From Patescibacteria group bacterium (lineage in GTDB: Bacteria; Patescibacteriota; Microgenomatia; UBA8517), in assembly GCA_041499035.1 (NCBI GenBank), contig JBGQJK010000003.1:1953-65952 (forward strand): 64,000 bases of DNA. The letters are read 5' to 3'. The notes under the pieces are model-generated. The model made no database searches. It was given only the letters and a program-made list of their open reading frames with translations, and was not told the origin of the DNA. Shown here in pieces: positions 53,983 through 64,000 of this stretch (positions are counted from its first letter, which is position 1; each line of letters begins with the position of its first letter). The translations under genes were made by a program, and so were the position numbers.

Positions 53983-55721
53983 TTTTGTTTCCCAAGTACC
54001 GGAGTGTAATTGAGCTGGGTCAGGTACTGTGAGTCGATTTCATAGACGTCTGCAAAAGGATAACTTTCGACAAGATGGTATTTCTTAAAACCGCTGGATT
54101 TGCTCACACCTTTATATGATTGGTCATTGTTGTCGTAAGTTCTCATTACGATCCAGCGTGCCCATCTGTCCGGCTCAATTAGCGCGTCTTTCCAATATTC
54201 CCCTGTTCCTTCATGGATAAATCTGCTCATGGGGAGTCCCGAAGAAAATATAATTGCGTCATGACTGGCCGCAGAAATTAATATAAATCCGGGTTGATCT
54301 TTGGCTGCTCTATTCAAGTATCCCGAAATCTCGCTTACGTTTTTCTGCGAGCTGCCCACCCGTGCATCATCTATTGTAACTGCATCGCCGTTGGCAAAGG
54401 CAAAAAACATTACAAAAATATAGAGACCGACTAGAACCCAGCGAAGATCTTTGAGCTTCCCTATTATGTATCCTATGAATACCGCGAAAGCCGGCATCAT
54501 CATAATTCCATAGCGGATGTTAAACCAGGTGTTCCCCGAAATGCCCTGGACAAAAAGTACGGAAAAGCCCAAAACCAAGGCCAATATATTAAATGCGATA
54601 GGAGCAATTAGTGTTAAAGTAGATAACCGTACCGCTCCTTTTATTTTTTTGTCAAACCAAAGAAAGAAACCACCGAGGAATCCCAAGATTGCCACAAAGG
54701 CGATGCAGTTATAAAGAACCGAATAAAGATAAAGCTGTGTGGAGAGCACAACATTATTTTTTGTAGGCAAATTTCCGGCTTGCAAGAGCTGCAGTTGCTG
54801 GGCATGGGCCGAGTATGGTCCCAAAGCAAAATATAGAGGATCTTTAAAAATAGCAGCATTCCAGCCAAACCAGAGAACAATTCCGAGTGCACCCATGGTC
54901 AAAAATAGAATTGTAAGACCTTCCGCAACTTTATAACCCCTATCTTTCCAGTTAATTATTCCCACAATCGCCGCGGCAAAAACTAGGAGAAACCAGCCAT
55001 CATACCTTACAAGCGTCGAAAGCATTATCCAAAATGAAGATTTGACCAGGCTTAGTATTGTCCTGTCCTCGGCCCAACTTATAAGATAGTAGCAGCCGGC
55101 AGTCATGGTGGCCAGTAGTAGCGGTTCAGTCATAGCGGTAGACTGCAAATATAGAATATTTAAGTTGGCAACAAAGACAATTATGCCGATAATTCGGCCT
55201 AACATACCAACGTTCAACTTTTCCAATATTTTGTAAATAATAAGCCCCGTGGCAACAAAGCTGAGCATGTTCCAGATAGCTCCGGCAAATCCCGAATGCC
55301 AGGCCCAATCATTCCAAACTAAGGGAATCATTAGGATGTGGTTAAGAGGCAACCAAACGCTCCCAAGCTGTGCCAGGCCCGGCTTAAGGCCTTCAACTAC
55401 CCTGCGACCAATGTCCAGGTGGCTCCTGGCGTCGTTATAGCTAAGGCCTAGCCCGTTTTTAAGATAGAAAACAAAGAAGTAAACAGAGATTAAGGAGAGA
55501 ACTAACGTAATTATCGTAACGATATGCCTTTCAAAAAGAGCCAGAACTCCGCCAATTTTCGTTTTATCAATATCGAATGATATTTTAGTCATTTTAAGCT
55601 TCAGCGGTTTGGAATGAGTTCTGACGCTTTCCCGGATCTTTTCAAGGCGATAACTGACACCCTCAAGCATGGGTGCGGATTTTTTCAAAATTGGTGTTGT
55701 TTTTGATTTATTTTTCTTCAT
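53979..55721 (-). CDS. Polytopic membrane protein with a C-terminal extracytoplasmic domain; GT-C-like
   Basis: 580 aa with many TM segments, in an operon with the GT-C genes. Confidence 0.5.
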   Translation of the reverse strand: MKKNKSKTTPILKKSAPMLEGVSYRLEKIRESVRTHSKPLKLKMTKISFDIDKTKIGGVLALFERHIVTIITLVLSLISVYFFVFYLKNGLGLSYNDARSHLDIGRRVVEGLKPGLAQLGSVWLPLNHILMIPLVWNDWAWHSGFAGAIWNMLSFVATGLIIYKILEKLNVGMLGRIIGIIVFVANLNILYLQSTAMTEPLLLATMTAGCYYLISWAEDRTILSLVKSSFWIMLSTLVRYDGWFLLVFAAAIVGIINWKDRGYKVAEGLTILFLTMGALGIVLWFGWNAAIFKDPLYFALGPYSAHAQQLQLLQAGNLPTKNNVVLSTQLYLYSVLYNCIAFVAILGFLGGFFLWFDKKIKGAVRLSTLTLIAPIAFNILALVLGFSVLFVQGISGNTWFNIRYGIMMMPAFAVFIGYIIGKLKDLRWVLVGLYIFVMFFAFANGDAVTIDDARVGSSQKNVSEISGYLNRAAKDQPGFILISAASHDAIIFSSGLPMSRFIHEGTGEYWKDALIEPDRWARWIVMRTYDNNDQSYKGVSKSSGFKKYHLVESYPFADVYEIDSQYLTQLNYTPVLGKQK

Positions 55722-57258
55722 TTTTGTTTAATAATACGGCCACTAAAAGGCTTGTTGAGACTAAGGCAATAGCGCCTGCAATTATGTAAAAGTATTCCTT
55801 AGCGCCTAAATATTTTTTTAGCCAGGTCTGGTAAACAAAAGATTTTGACCCGTTCTTTCCCAGAAAGTCCCAAGACCTGTCGTAGGAAAAGCGCTCCTGC
55901 TTACCGGATATCGCCTCAAGTGGCAAGGCTTCGGTTTGCGGCGGGCTTGCGCTCGAGGTTAAGGCCCCAAGAGTGTTCACTCCAACCGAATAAATTAGCA
56001 GAACCCAAAAAGGTACGATAAAAAGTATATTTCTCTTGAACTTGGACAAAGCGACCGCTATGAAGATGGAAAGAATAGAGTAGGCAGGGATCATGTAACG
56101 CGAACCGAATGCCCAGCCGCCCCAAGGGTCGTCCCAGAGCGAGTAGAGCAAGATATCTATGGCCAAAATGGTTACCAAAAGAGGTAGGTATTTATTTTTT
56201 CTTTTGTAAAGGATAACGATCCCTATAATTCCCAATAAAACTACCGGAGTAAAGTAAATAATCCCTCTATCGGGGCTTAAGAAGTGTATATAAAGTCCGT
56301 TCAGCAAATTTCTGCTGTTAAAGGCACCTATAATGCCAACGCTGACAGTATCGGGTGTACTTTGAAGTGACTGGATATCAGTTGCTTTTTGCCGTAGAAC
56401 GGGTTTTCCATTCGCATCCATATCCCTTATGGACGTAATAGCCGAGGTTCCTAGGGTATGAAGGGCACCGCCATAAGAAAGTGTATTAAACCAGAAAAAG
56501 AAGAGCATAGGTAGGATTACCCCGACAGAGCCGAGAAGTTTAACGGTGCGCAGCGTTATGGAAATCTTCTTTTTCGTTAAAACGAACTGTACGGCTCGGA
56601 GGCCCGCGACAAGTGCCAGCGGAAACATCATAAAGAAATTTGGATAGTCAAGAGAAACCCCTAGTGCAAATAAGAAAAATATCAAAAACTGGGACCAGAG
56701 ACTTTCTGACTTTATAAGCAAATAAATGGAAAGTAAGACTATAAAAGTTGTAACGTGGTGCTGGTACAGGTCTACGGCGTAGGCAAAAGCTGGGGTTGCG
56801 AAAAGGAATACAAGTCCCCCCAGGAGCGCGGCATACTTTCCTGCACCTAATTTTCCGGAAATTTTATAAATCAAGTATGAATTGATAAGGGCGAACAGGG
56901 AGATGACTAAAAATGTTCCCACCTGAGAAGCATCGAACAGCCTTCCTACGAAGTATCCGGGAATAACAATAAAAGATAATGCGGGGGCAAAAAGCGAAAC
57001 ATAATACCTTCCATTAAACCCGAGGTCGGGTAATATGAACCTGGCAATGTCGGCAGAAAAGTATACCGATCCGTGTTCAACCAAAGAGTAAGTCAGGGCA
57101 AAACGGCCTCTTTCCGGTGAAAGTTCAAACGGACCGTCCTCCCTCCATTTTGTGGTTAATAAGTTTACAGTTGTCGGGTTTCCGGGCAAGCCGCGGACAC
57201 TCAAAAAGAGAACGATGGCGCTAATGAGTATTAGAATTATTGACAAATATTTTTTCAT
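55708..57258 (-). CDS. GT-C-fold membrane glycosyltransferase (ArnT/GT83-like)
   Basis: 516 aa with a polytopic membrane profile. Confidence 0.6.
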   Translation of the reverse strand: MKKYLSIILILISAIVLFLSVRGLPGNPTTVNLLTTKWREDGPFELSPERGRFALTYSLVEHGSVYFSADIARFILPDLGFNGRYYVSLFAPALSFIVIPGYFVGRLFDASQVGTFLVISLFALINSYLIYKISGKLGAGKYAALLGGLVFLFATPAFAYAVDLYQHHVTTFIVLLSIYLLIKSESLWSQFLIFFLFALGVSLDYPNFFMMFPLALVAGLRAVQFVLTKKKISITLRTVKLLGSVGVILPMLFFFWFNTLSYGGALHTLGTSAITSIRDMDANGKPVLRQKATDIQSLQSTPDTVSVGIIGAFNSRNLLNGLYIHFLSPDRGIIYFTPVVLLGIIGIVILYKRKNKYLPLLVTILAIDILLYSLWDDPWGGWAFGSRYMIPAYSILSIFIAVALSKFKRNILFIVPFWVLLIYSVGVNTLGALTSSASPPQTEALPLEAISGKQERFSYDRSWDFLGKNGSKSFVYQTWLKKYLGAKEYFYIIAGAIALVSTSLLVAVLLNKNEEK

Positions 57259-57259
57259 A

Positions 57260-58444
57260 TTATTTGAATGTTTCTTTTAAAACTTCAATGTTTTTTTCAA
57301 AATCATACTTAGAGTTTATTAGATCATAATTATTTTTACTAAATTCTTTATAGATTTGTGGATTCTTTAATAGTTTATATATCGCTTGAGCCATATGGTC
57401 CGGGCTCTTTTCTTTAACTACAAAACCACCTAAGCCATTTTTTAACAATTCTACTGACGAATCATTTTTGGCAATTACCATAGGGAGTGCTGCGCTCATG
57501 GCTTCAAAATACATTCCGGGCATGGTGTCTAAAATTGAACCGGATACAAAGATATCGGCTTTTTTATAGAATTTATGAATAAGAGTTCTTGGAACAAACC
57601 CAATGAAAGAAATATATTTTAAGAGATTAAGTTCTTGACTAAGTTCTTTAACCTTTTTTTCCATCGGTCCGTCGCCTACAATAGTCAATTTTATGTTATT
57701 TACCTTATATTTTTTCAAAAGTATAGCTACCGCTTCAATTAAATCTGTTACTCTTTTACGTTCCAGAAGATACCCGACAGTTAAAAGATCGAATGACTTA
57801 CCGATTTTTGATTTTGGCTTGGATGAAAAACCATTCTTTATAACACCTAAAGTTATTGTCTTAACATGACCAATTCCCTTTTGTCTAATTGTGTTTTCGC
57901 CGGCCGAATCAATCGTGATTATTTGATTTGACATATTGAGAGTAAGTGTTGACAGTGGTTTAAAAATCTTATATAGAAGGCCATAAATTAACGCATCAAT
58001 CTTTTCGAAAAACGTCCGTCTCCTGCCTTTAATATTTTTATTATTAAAAAACCGCATATCGAATGGTGAATAAACAGGTCCGATTACAAATCTGATCTTT
58101 TTTCTATTCCATATTGCCAGAGGGCTAAACGTAGAGTCAATAGCAAACGGACCCTGATGCCAAATACAATTATATTTATTCGATTTCATTAATTCCAATG
58201 ATTTTATAAAGACTAGAAAAATGAATTGAATCCGTTTGAAATTACTGATATGGCTTGGTTTCTCATCAAATAAATTGTGAATTTTGAAGTTTCCTATTTG
58301 TTTGATACCCGAATACCCTACCAGAACATCACCCGAAAAAGTTTTGTCTTTTGCTATTTGTTTTAGATATTCAAAAGAACGTGTATGTTCGCTTCCTGAA
58401 TTCTCGTTTATATAGTAATGTAGCGGTGCAATAAGTAGTTTCAT
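57260..58444 (-). CDS. GT4-family (GT-B) glycosyltransferase
   Basis: C-terminal EAMSAALPMVIAKNDSSVELLKNGLGGFVV (the E-x7-E region). Confidence 0.8.
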   Translation of the reverse strand: MKLLIAPLHYYINENSGSEHTRSFEYLKQIAKDKTFSGDVLVGYSGIKQIGNFKIHNLFDEKPSHISNFKRIQFIFLVFIKSLELMKSNKYNCIWHQGPFAIDSTFSPLAIWNRKKIRFVIGPVYSPFDMRFFNNKNIKGRRRTFFEKIDALIYGLLYKIFKPLSTLTLNMSNQIITIDSAGENTIRQKGIGHVKTITLGVIKNGFSSKPKSKIGKSFDLLTVGYLLERKRVTDLIEAVAILLKKYKVNNIKLTIVGDGPMEKKVKELSQELNLLKYISFIGFVPRTLIHKFYKKADIFVSGSILDTMPGMYFEAMSAALPMVIAKNDSSVELLKNGLGGFVVKEKSPDHMAQAIYKLLKNPQIYKEFSKNNYDLINSKYDFEKNIEVLKETFK

Positions 58445-59235
58445 AAAATATTTGTTTTTATAAATCCCCTGAAAGTCGAGACAAGAGGGCTAGCTAGAAC
58501 TTTAAATTCTGCAAATGAGTGTGTGCCGTCAACACCAATACGTGGAATTTCCAGAGGTTTTGTGTTTATCGTGATTTCGCCGTCATTCATAGTTAAACCA
58601 AGCAGATAGCCGGCTTTTTTGGCTGTATTAAGAATTGTTTTGTCGTATTTGCCTCTAGGATAAGCAATATATTTAATTTTGATTCCCAGATTTTTTTCCA
58701 GACTTTTCTTTGAGCCTGTAATCTCTTGTTTTATGGCGGGAGGGCTAAGTTTTAACAAGTCAGGATGGGTAGAAGTGTGACTTCCGACTGCCCAGCCGTT
58801 TTTTGTAAGGGCAAAAACATCGTTTTTATTTAGGAATTCTCTTCGGGTTGCTAGTTCCGAATAATTAGCATTCTTTGTATCCCCAATGAGAAATACGGCG
58901 GGTCTTATATTTAGCGATTTAACAAATGTTTTAATTTTTAGGATGTTTTTATATCCGTCATCAAATGTAATAAGAATCGAAGGTTTGGTAATACTAAGCT
59001 TTCCGGCTAAGAAATCTTGAAGCTCCTTTAAAGTAATAAATTTGTAATTTTTTGCCAAAAATTTCACTTGCTTCTTAAAGTCATTTGGGGCTACGCTAAA
59101 ATCCCAGCCATCTGTGTCGATGCTGTGGTAGCAAAGGATCGTTACTTGGGGACCCCGGAGTTTTAATACCTTGCCGATTGCAAAAAGTAAGATGTAAACC
59201 GACCTTCTCATTAAAATAAAGACTTTCTTTTTCAT
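58441..59235 (-). CDS. Polysaccharide deacetylase (NodB/CE4 family)
   Basis: ITFDDGYKN and the HTSTHPDL His motif. Confidence 0.8.
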   Translation of the reverse strand: MKKKVFILMRRSVYILLFAIGKVLKLRGPQVTILCYHSIDTDGWDFSVAPNDFKKQVKFLAKNYKFITLKELQDFLAGKLSITKPSILITFDDGYKNILKIKTFVKSLNIRPAVFLIGDTKNANYSELATRREFLNKNDVFALTKNGWAVGSHTSTHPDLLKLSPPAIKQEITGSKKSLEKNLGIKIKYIAYPRGKYDKTILNTAKKAGYLLGLTMNDGEITINTKPLEIPRIGVDGTHSFAEFKVLASPLVSTFRGFIKTNIL

Positions 59236-59236
59236 T

Positions 59237-59815
59237 TTATTTAGTTTCCTTGTTTTCCCTAATTATCCTGTTAAAAAATTCCAACCTTACCCTTTTATAC
59301 TCCCGCATCGAAAGTCCATTGGATTTCAATTTAATTTGTTCATATTCTTTAAGCAGAGATTTATTTGAACTTAGTATGTTAAACGATTTCAGCGGGCCTC
59401 GGCAGACTCTGCTATTGGGGTCCCCTAGAATTAGCTCGATTTCGCAGCCGTTCTTGGTAAAATGCCACTCTACAAACTCTTTTCTTGTTTTGTCGGCGTT
59501 TCCAAATAGTCTTACAAGTCCCGGAAGATATTTGGGAAAATGTTTCGGATCAGATAATGCTATTAGGTCTATGTCCCTCTGTCCCGAAATTTTGAAAGCC
59601 GCGGAACCGATAAGATATACCGTTAACCCCGGAATATTTTTAGATATTAAGTTTTTTAAATTTTTCCCTGTTTTATTTACATCCGGATCATATGGAAATA
59701 TTTTTATTTTCTTATCCGTGGGGTAGGTGTATGACCACAAAAACTCTATCGGTGATTGAAAAAACAACTTGATATTTCTTTTAAGATTAATCATTTTTTT
59801 TAGTACTTGCGGCAA
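59237..59815 (-). CDS. Nucleotidyltransferase-fold protein
   Basis: LIGSAAFKISGQRDIDLIAL (GS...D.D). Confidence 0.5.
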   Translation of the reverse strand: MPQVLKKMINLKRNIKLFFQSPIEFLWSYTYPTDKKIKIFPYDPDVNKTGKNLKNLISKNIPGLTVYLIGSAAFKISGQRDIDLIALSDPKHFPKYLPGLVRLFGNADKTRKEFVEWHFTKNGCEIELILGDPNSRVCRGPLKSFNILSSNKSLLKEYEQIKLKSNGLSMREYKRVRLEFFNRIIRENKETK

Positions 59816-60686
59816 TCGACCAGGTCTCCCCCTGTTTGCTGTTGCCTGATCTCAGTCTCATATAAAGCTGGAGGAAAAAATAGGCAATAGAATGAATCGG
59901 GAAATTGATTAATATGGGTAGAGATTTAAGGATAGCTAGCGCATAATCTCTTTCCGGAATTTTTGTTTCGGCCTCGACCAGGTTTGAATCAAAATATTTT
60001 TTCTGTTCAAGTATCGTGTTGAAAAACCGTGTGCTTTGTTTTTTGTGATCTCCATAGTTTTCCGGTACCTTGTACCAGGCGACTGCATTCCCGATATATT
60101 GATATCTGAAATTTTCACTGACGCATCTTAGATATGAATACATATCATTGCCGACCGATGACGGAAAGTGCAGTGACTTAAAAAACTTTTTTGAGTAAGA
60201 CCGGGCCAGACCGTGACATGTGTATACATTGTTGCCTTTTTTAAAGACCCCAAACAGGACTTCCTTCAGGAGCATGCTTACAAAAACAATCTTGCCATAG
60301 AAGCTGGCCGGCAGTTTCTCTGCTATTGCCGAGGAGGTTAAGTCGGCGCTACCCGAAATTATCGGGCCGGTAAGTTTTTTTATAAAAGTGCTATCGTGAA
60401 TAGCAATATCTCCGTCGAGTGTAACCAACACATCACCTTTCGTCTTTAAGATAATTTGGTTTAGGCCCCTGGCTATTCCCCGCCTGTCCGGATTTGCGAT
60501 AACTGTCACTTTGGGGTTTTTAAGCGATCTGGCAATACTGACCGTCTTGTCGCTTGATCCGTCTGAGGAAACTATGATTTGGCTGATGATAAATCCATCC
60601 TCTTTTTGAGCCAAGACGCTCTCAAGCAAAGTTTTAATATTTGCTTCTTCGTTATAAACCGGTATTCCTATATCAATTTTTAACAT
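59787..60686 (-). CDS. GT2-family glycosyltransferase
   Basis: IGIPVYNEEANI...SDGSSDKT...LDGD. Confidence 0.8.
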   Translation of the reverse strand: MLKIDIGIPVYNEEANIKTLLESVLAQKEDGFIISQIIVSSDGSSDKTVSIARSLKNPKVTVIANPDRRGIARGLNQIILKTKGDVLVTLDGDIAIHDSTFIKKLTGPIISGSADLTSSAIAEKLPASFYGKIVFVSMLLKEVLFGVFKKGNNVYTCHGLARSYSKKFFKSLHFPSSVGNDMYSYLRCVSENFRYQYIGNAVAWYKVPENYGDHKKQSTRFFNTILEQKKYFDSNLVEAETKIPERDYALAILKSLPILINFPIHSIAYFFLQLYMRLRSGNSKQGETWSIAASTKKND

Positions 60687-61587
60687 ATGCTGATTTTATT
60701 CTGTCCCAATTACTTATGCGTAAGTCTCTGTCGGTTAAGTTTTTCGCAACGGTCAAATAAAGTTTAAGGCATATTGCAGCTATAAAAAGAATGGGGCTTT
60801 TAACAAACATCTTGATCGCAGCGGTAATCTTTAATCTGTATGGTGTTTTGTAATAGATATCAATTTTAGGTCCGAAATATGCTTTTATGTCAAAATATGT
60901 ATTTTGGTGTCTTGTTGCCTGTCTTAGATAATCCTTTAAATTGTCCGGTGCTTTGTAATAAACGTTTATATTTTTTGCGAAATAAAACCTCATTCTTTTT
61001 AGGCGGGAATCTATGTAAATAAATTCATCATCGCTAATTACCTGCTTAGGTATACTAATAGTCTTGCCGTATTTTTTGCTAACTGCATATGAACATCCAT
61101 GCATGTTGTGAATTGAGTCTCCTTTATTAATATTGTTACGAATCTCGTACCATATCTCGATTAAAAAATTAATTACTTTTCCAGCAAAAGTGCTTGCTTT
61201 GAGGGGTTGATCATGGAAAGCTAGTAGATCGGCGCTGCTTTGCTTGCTGATTTCGACGACTTTGTTAATTAGGTTTTTATCAAAGATCTTAACATCGGAA
61301 TCAAGGCAAATAAGAATATCGCTTTTGTTCTCGGTAAACAATCTATTTAATTGAAAGATTTTACCTGACCTCATGTCCGATCTTAAACAATAAATCTTCC
61401 CGTATTTTTTAGAGTAGTTGGATATTATTTTAGCAGTATTATCTTCGCTGCAGTCATCAGCAACTAAGATCTTTTCTAGCGTATAATCCCCACTGTCTAG
61501 GCTAAGAATGTTCTCGAGCAACTGGCCGATATATTCTTCTTCGTTATATGCTGCTATGGCTACACTAACTGTAATAGTTTTTTTCAT
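60673..61587 (-). CDS. GT2-family glycosyltransferase
   Basis: VAIAAYNEEEYI...DDCSEDNT...LDSD. Confidence 0.8.
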   Translation of the reverse strand: MKKTITVSVAIAAYNEEEYIGQLLENILSLDSGDYTLEKILVADDCSEDNTAKIISNYSKKYGKIYCLRSDMRSGKIFQLNRLFTENKSDILICLDSDVKIFDKNLINKVVEISKQSSADLLAFHDQPLKASTFAGKVINFLIEIWYEIRNNINKGDSIHNMHGCSYAVSKKYGKTISIPKQVISDDEFIYIDSRLKRMRFYFAKNINVYYKAPDNLKDYLRQATRHQNTYFDIKAYFGPKIDIYYKTPYRLKITAAIKMFVKSPILFIAAICLKLYLTVAKNLTDRDLRISNWDRIKSAYVKN

Positions 61588-61768
61588 CTTAATTTCGCAG
61601 TATTTTTTTTGTTGACTTATATTCTTTATATTTTGGGTTAAGCGTATTTTTGCTGTGCGAGAATAGTCTGTTTAAAACAAAAGTCAAAATATAAAGTGAT
61701 GTCCAGAGTCGATTTTTTATAAGTTCTTCAAGAATATAATTAAATAATAAAGTTTTTGGTATATTTTA

Positions 61769-62521
61769 TTATTTATACCTGACGTCTTTACTAAAGTATT
61801 TTTCAATAGAGTTGACTCCGCTAATAAACTTATTACTTTGTTTTACTTGGTCGGGGAAATCGGAAATCATACCCCCATACATATTAGCGTTATCTATCAT
61901 TATAAATTCATATCCCAGCGTTTTGGATCTCAAGTATATATATGCGTCTTCAGCAACATCTAACGGAAGGTTTAGTTCTTTTGCAAAATTTCTAGATAAT
62001 GCCTTAATTGAATGTCCACCTAACCAATATATGTTATTTCCATTTTTCCAGCTTTTATAGATGTTCTTTTTTAGTCTATCTCCCGCGTAAGTTATTTTTT
62101 GATAGAATCCTTTAGGTGTCGCTGGTTTATACCAACCAACTACAGCGGCTAATTTTTTCGAATCATGCTTGCGGAATTCTGATACTAAATTTTCTACTAC
62201 CATGTCGTTTTCCGGAAGAGTATCGGCTTCTGCAAAGACTATGACATCCCCCTTAAACATCCCGATTATCTGGTTTTGCCTGAAATTCTGCCCCATCCTT
62301 TTTTTTGCATCTATGGCTTTAATCAGTTTATTGTTTATTGCATGAATGTTCCTGACAGTATTATCGTTGCTTCCGTCGGAAATTACGATAATTTCTTTCA
62401 GATCATAACTTTTCCGCTTTTGCTCCAAAAGCGCGACAATGAGTTTTATGATATTAATTTCCTCATTGTGTGCCGGAATTCCGATTGAGACTTGTGTTTT
62501 CTGATTAGCAGATTTTGTCAT
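61769..62521 (-). CDS. GT2-family glycosyltransferase
   Basis: IGIPAHNEEINI...SDGSNDNT...AEAD. Confidence 0.8.
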   Translation of the reverse strand: MTKSANQKTQVSIGIPAHNEEINIIKLIVALLEQKRKSYDLKEIIVISDGSNDNTVRNIHAINNKLIKAIDAKKRMGQNFRQNQIIGMFKGDVIVFAEADTLPENDMVVENLVSEFRKHDSKKLAAVVGWYKPATPKGFYQKITYAGDRLKKNIYKSWKNGNNIYWLGGHSIKALSRNFAKELNLPLDVAEDAYIYLRSKTLGYEFIMIDNANMYGGMISDFPDQVKQSNKFISGVNSIEKYFSKDVRYK

Positions 62522-62525
62522 ATGT

Positions 62526-63908
62526 TTAGAATAAGCTCATGCAGTCAACCGCACTTTTATCCCAATCAAAGTGGCTAGCCCATTCTACGGATTCGCTAGA
62601 CATCGAATTTCTTGTTTTTTTGTCTTTCAGAAGGCTTACCGTGGTTTTTGCAAATTCTTCTATATCGCCATATGGAACCAATAAGCCGCTATGTGGGTTA
62701 TGAATGGAGTCTCTAAGCCCCGCGACATTTGATGCGATTACAGGTGTCCCGCAGGCATTTGCTTCTATTGAGGTTATCCCCCAGCCTTCAATAAGTGAGG
62801 GGTTCACAAAGACCCATGCTTTTTGATAGAGTTCAACTTTTTCCGACTGAGTAACCTTTCCTGTAAAGGTAATCCTTTTTCCAAGATGTAGAGATTTTAC
62901 AAGAGTTATGAGATTTTTTCTTTCTGTCCCGTCCCCTGCAATAATAAATTCCACGTTAGGAACTTTCCTAATAATTTTTTTGGCGCTCTTAATAAATACA
63001 GCTAAACTTTTTTGCGGGCTAAGGCGGCCTAAATAAAGAACCATCGGGTTAACCGATTTTTTACCTGGCTTATAGATGTCAAGATCTACTCCATTATAAA
63101 TCACGTGAGGCTCTTTTCGTGTTAGCTTGTGCTCCAAAATATCGGCTTTGCTGGATGGTGAAACTGTTATAACCTCGGTGTTTTTGTAAACCAATGGCAC
63201 AAGGTATTTTTCGAGTAAAAGTCCAACCCAAGATATGGGGGGCTTAAGTCGTATTCGGAAAACGTCTTGATGAACATGGTGAATCAAAAGATACACCTTT
63301 TCCTTAGCATAGATTGGCGTGAAGAACGGAATTCCATTTTCGGAATCGATGATCAAATCAAAATGACCTCTAAACTTTGTTATGTAGTATAAAAAGGCCC
63401 AGAGAAATACTGTGTAGAAGCCTCCGCGTCTAATTATAGTTACTCCGTCAATACTATCATTTCTTGGCGAAGTCGTATCGTTACCGCAAAAGAGGGTCAC
63501 CTCGTGGCCCATTTTTACCCACCTTTTTGCCAGTTCATGAACGTATACTTCTGCTCCTCCGCTCCAGACATGATTTGTATCGCGCCAATTGAATATTAGA
63601 ATGTTTAGTTTATCTTTGGTAACTTCCGGGGCTAGAGTTGAAGTTGGTGCAAAAAGTCCGAGAAAGTCTAAAGTGTTTCTGGCTACCGATTTAAGCTTTT
63701 GATAATTAAAATGCATGGTTAACATTGCGGCGAAGTAGAACATTCCCCCAAAGAACATGACATCCACCAGTTCTGAAATGTCTGCATGGAAAATAAGCAT
63801 TCCGGTTACTTGAATTAGGGAAAATACGAAGCCAAGGTATGGGAAACCATGTTCATTTTTGGACTGATGATAAAGCACGATGCTATTTGCAAGGGTTTGA
63901 AAAACCAT
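62526..63908 (-). CDS. GT4-family glycosyltransferase with an N-terminal membrane segment
   Basis: GGAEVYVHELAKRWVKMGHEV...EGWGITSIEANACGTPVIASNVAGL. Confidence 0.75.
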   Translation of the reverse strand: MVFQTLANSIVLYHQSKNEHGFPYLGFVFSLIQVTGMLIFHADISELVDVMFFGGMFYFAAMLTMHFNYQKLKSVARNTLDFLGLFAPTSTLAPEVTKDKLNILIFNWRDTNHVWSGGAEVYVHELAKRWVKMGHEVTLFCGNDTTSPRNDSIDGVTIIRRGGFYTVFLWAFLYYITKFRGHFDLIIDSENGIPFFTPIYAKEKVYLLIHHVHQDVFRIRLKPPISWVGLLLEKYLVPLVYKNTEVITVSPSSKADILEHKLTRKEPHVIYNGVDLDIYKPGKKSVNPMVLYLGRLSPQKSLAVFIKSAKKIIRKVPNVEFIIAGDGTERKNLITLVKSLHLGKRITFTGKVTQSEKVELYQKAWVFVNPSLIEGWGITSIEANACGTPVIASNVAGLRDSIHNPHSGLLVPYGDIEEFAKTTVSLLKDKKTRNSMSSESVEWASHFDWDKSAVDCMSLF

Positions 63909-64000
63909 GGCGAATGTATATATTGGTAAAAATGACGTTACTGAAAGGATTTTTGAACCGTAAAGTAGCGGGGCGGTGTATTTACCAAATATTCCGATTC

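Overview
This is a 64 kb bacterial chromosomal segment, mostly protein-coding. Its character (many small secreted or membrane proteins, Pro/Thr-linker proteins, compact versions of housekeeping proteins, start codons preceded by −10-like elements with no Shine-Dalgarno) suggests a small-genome CPR/Patescibacteria-like lineage; that is inference only. Standard genetic code; TGA is used as a stop.

Layout:
- 1-3.4 kb: two tandem paralogous genes, each encoding two GH130/DUF377-like modules.
- 3.6-27 kb: housekeeping block: ychF, rpsF-ssb-rpsR, ctp, htrA-like, an RF1 gene lacking domain 1, rpmE, an EamA transporter, a HisRS catalytic-domain-only gene, LOG, a PRTase-like gene, dnaB, tRNA-Leu(CAA), a dksA/traR-like gene, rluA, a 958-aa beta-helix exoprotein, a CPA2 antiporter, an LCP-family protein and yebC.
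- 28.06-29.21 kb: an ORF-free ~1.15 kb region with nested long-range complementary segments (my first candidate for a novel element, a possible large structured RNA). It is followed by a dif-like inverted repeat and promoter immediately upstream of a single xerD-like recombinase gene.
- 30-37 kb: an islet of small hypothetical genes with leaderless-type promoters. It includes a two-gene cassette flanked by a ~23-bp direct repeat that duplicates the 3' end of an Rpf-like transglycosylase gene.
- 37.9-44 kb: HAD hydrolase, serine hydrolase, SIMPL-domain protein, gyrA.
- 44-64 kb: cell-envelope and glycan block: sortase plus a sorting-signal substrate, a cellulose-synthase-like GT2, a GH5-like hydrolase, a PIG-L deacetylase with three PA14 repeats, then a co-directional run of three GT-C membrane glycosyltransferases, GT4, polysaccharide deacetylase, nucleotidyltransferase, three GT2 and another GT4.

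Other notable points are a ~250-nt leader with a consensus promoter, an intrinsic attenuator and an SD-sequestering hairpin upstream of the PRTase-LOG-hisS-like operon. No CRISPR array, reverse transcriptase, transposase or rRNA gene was seen.
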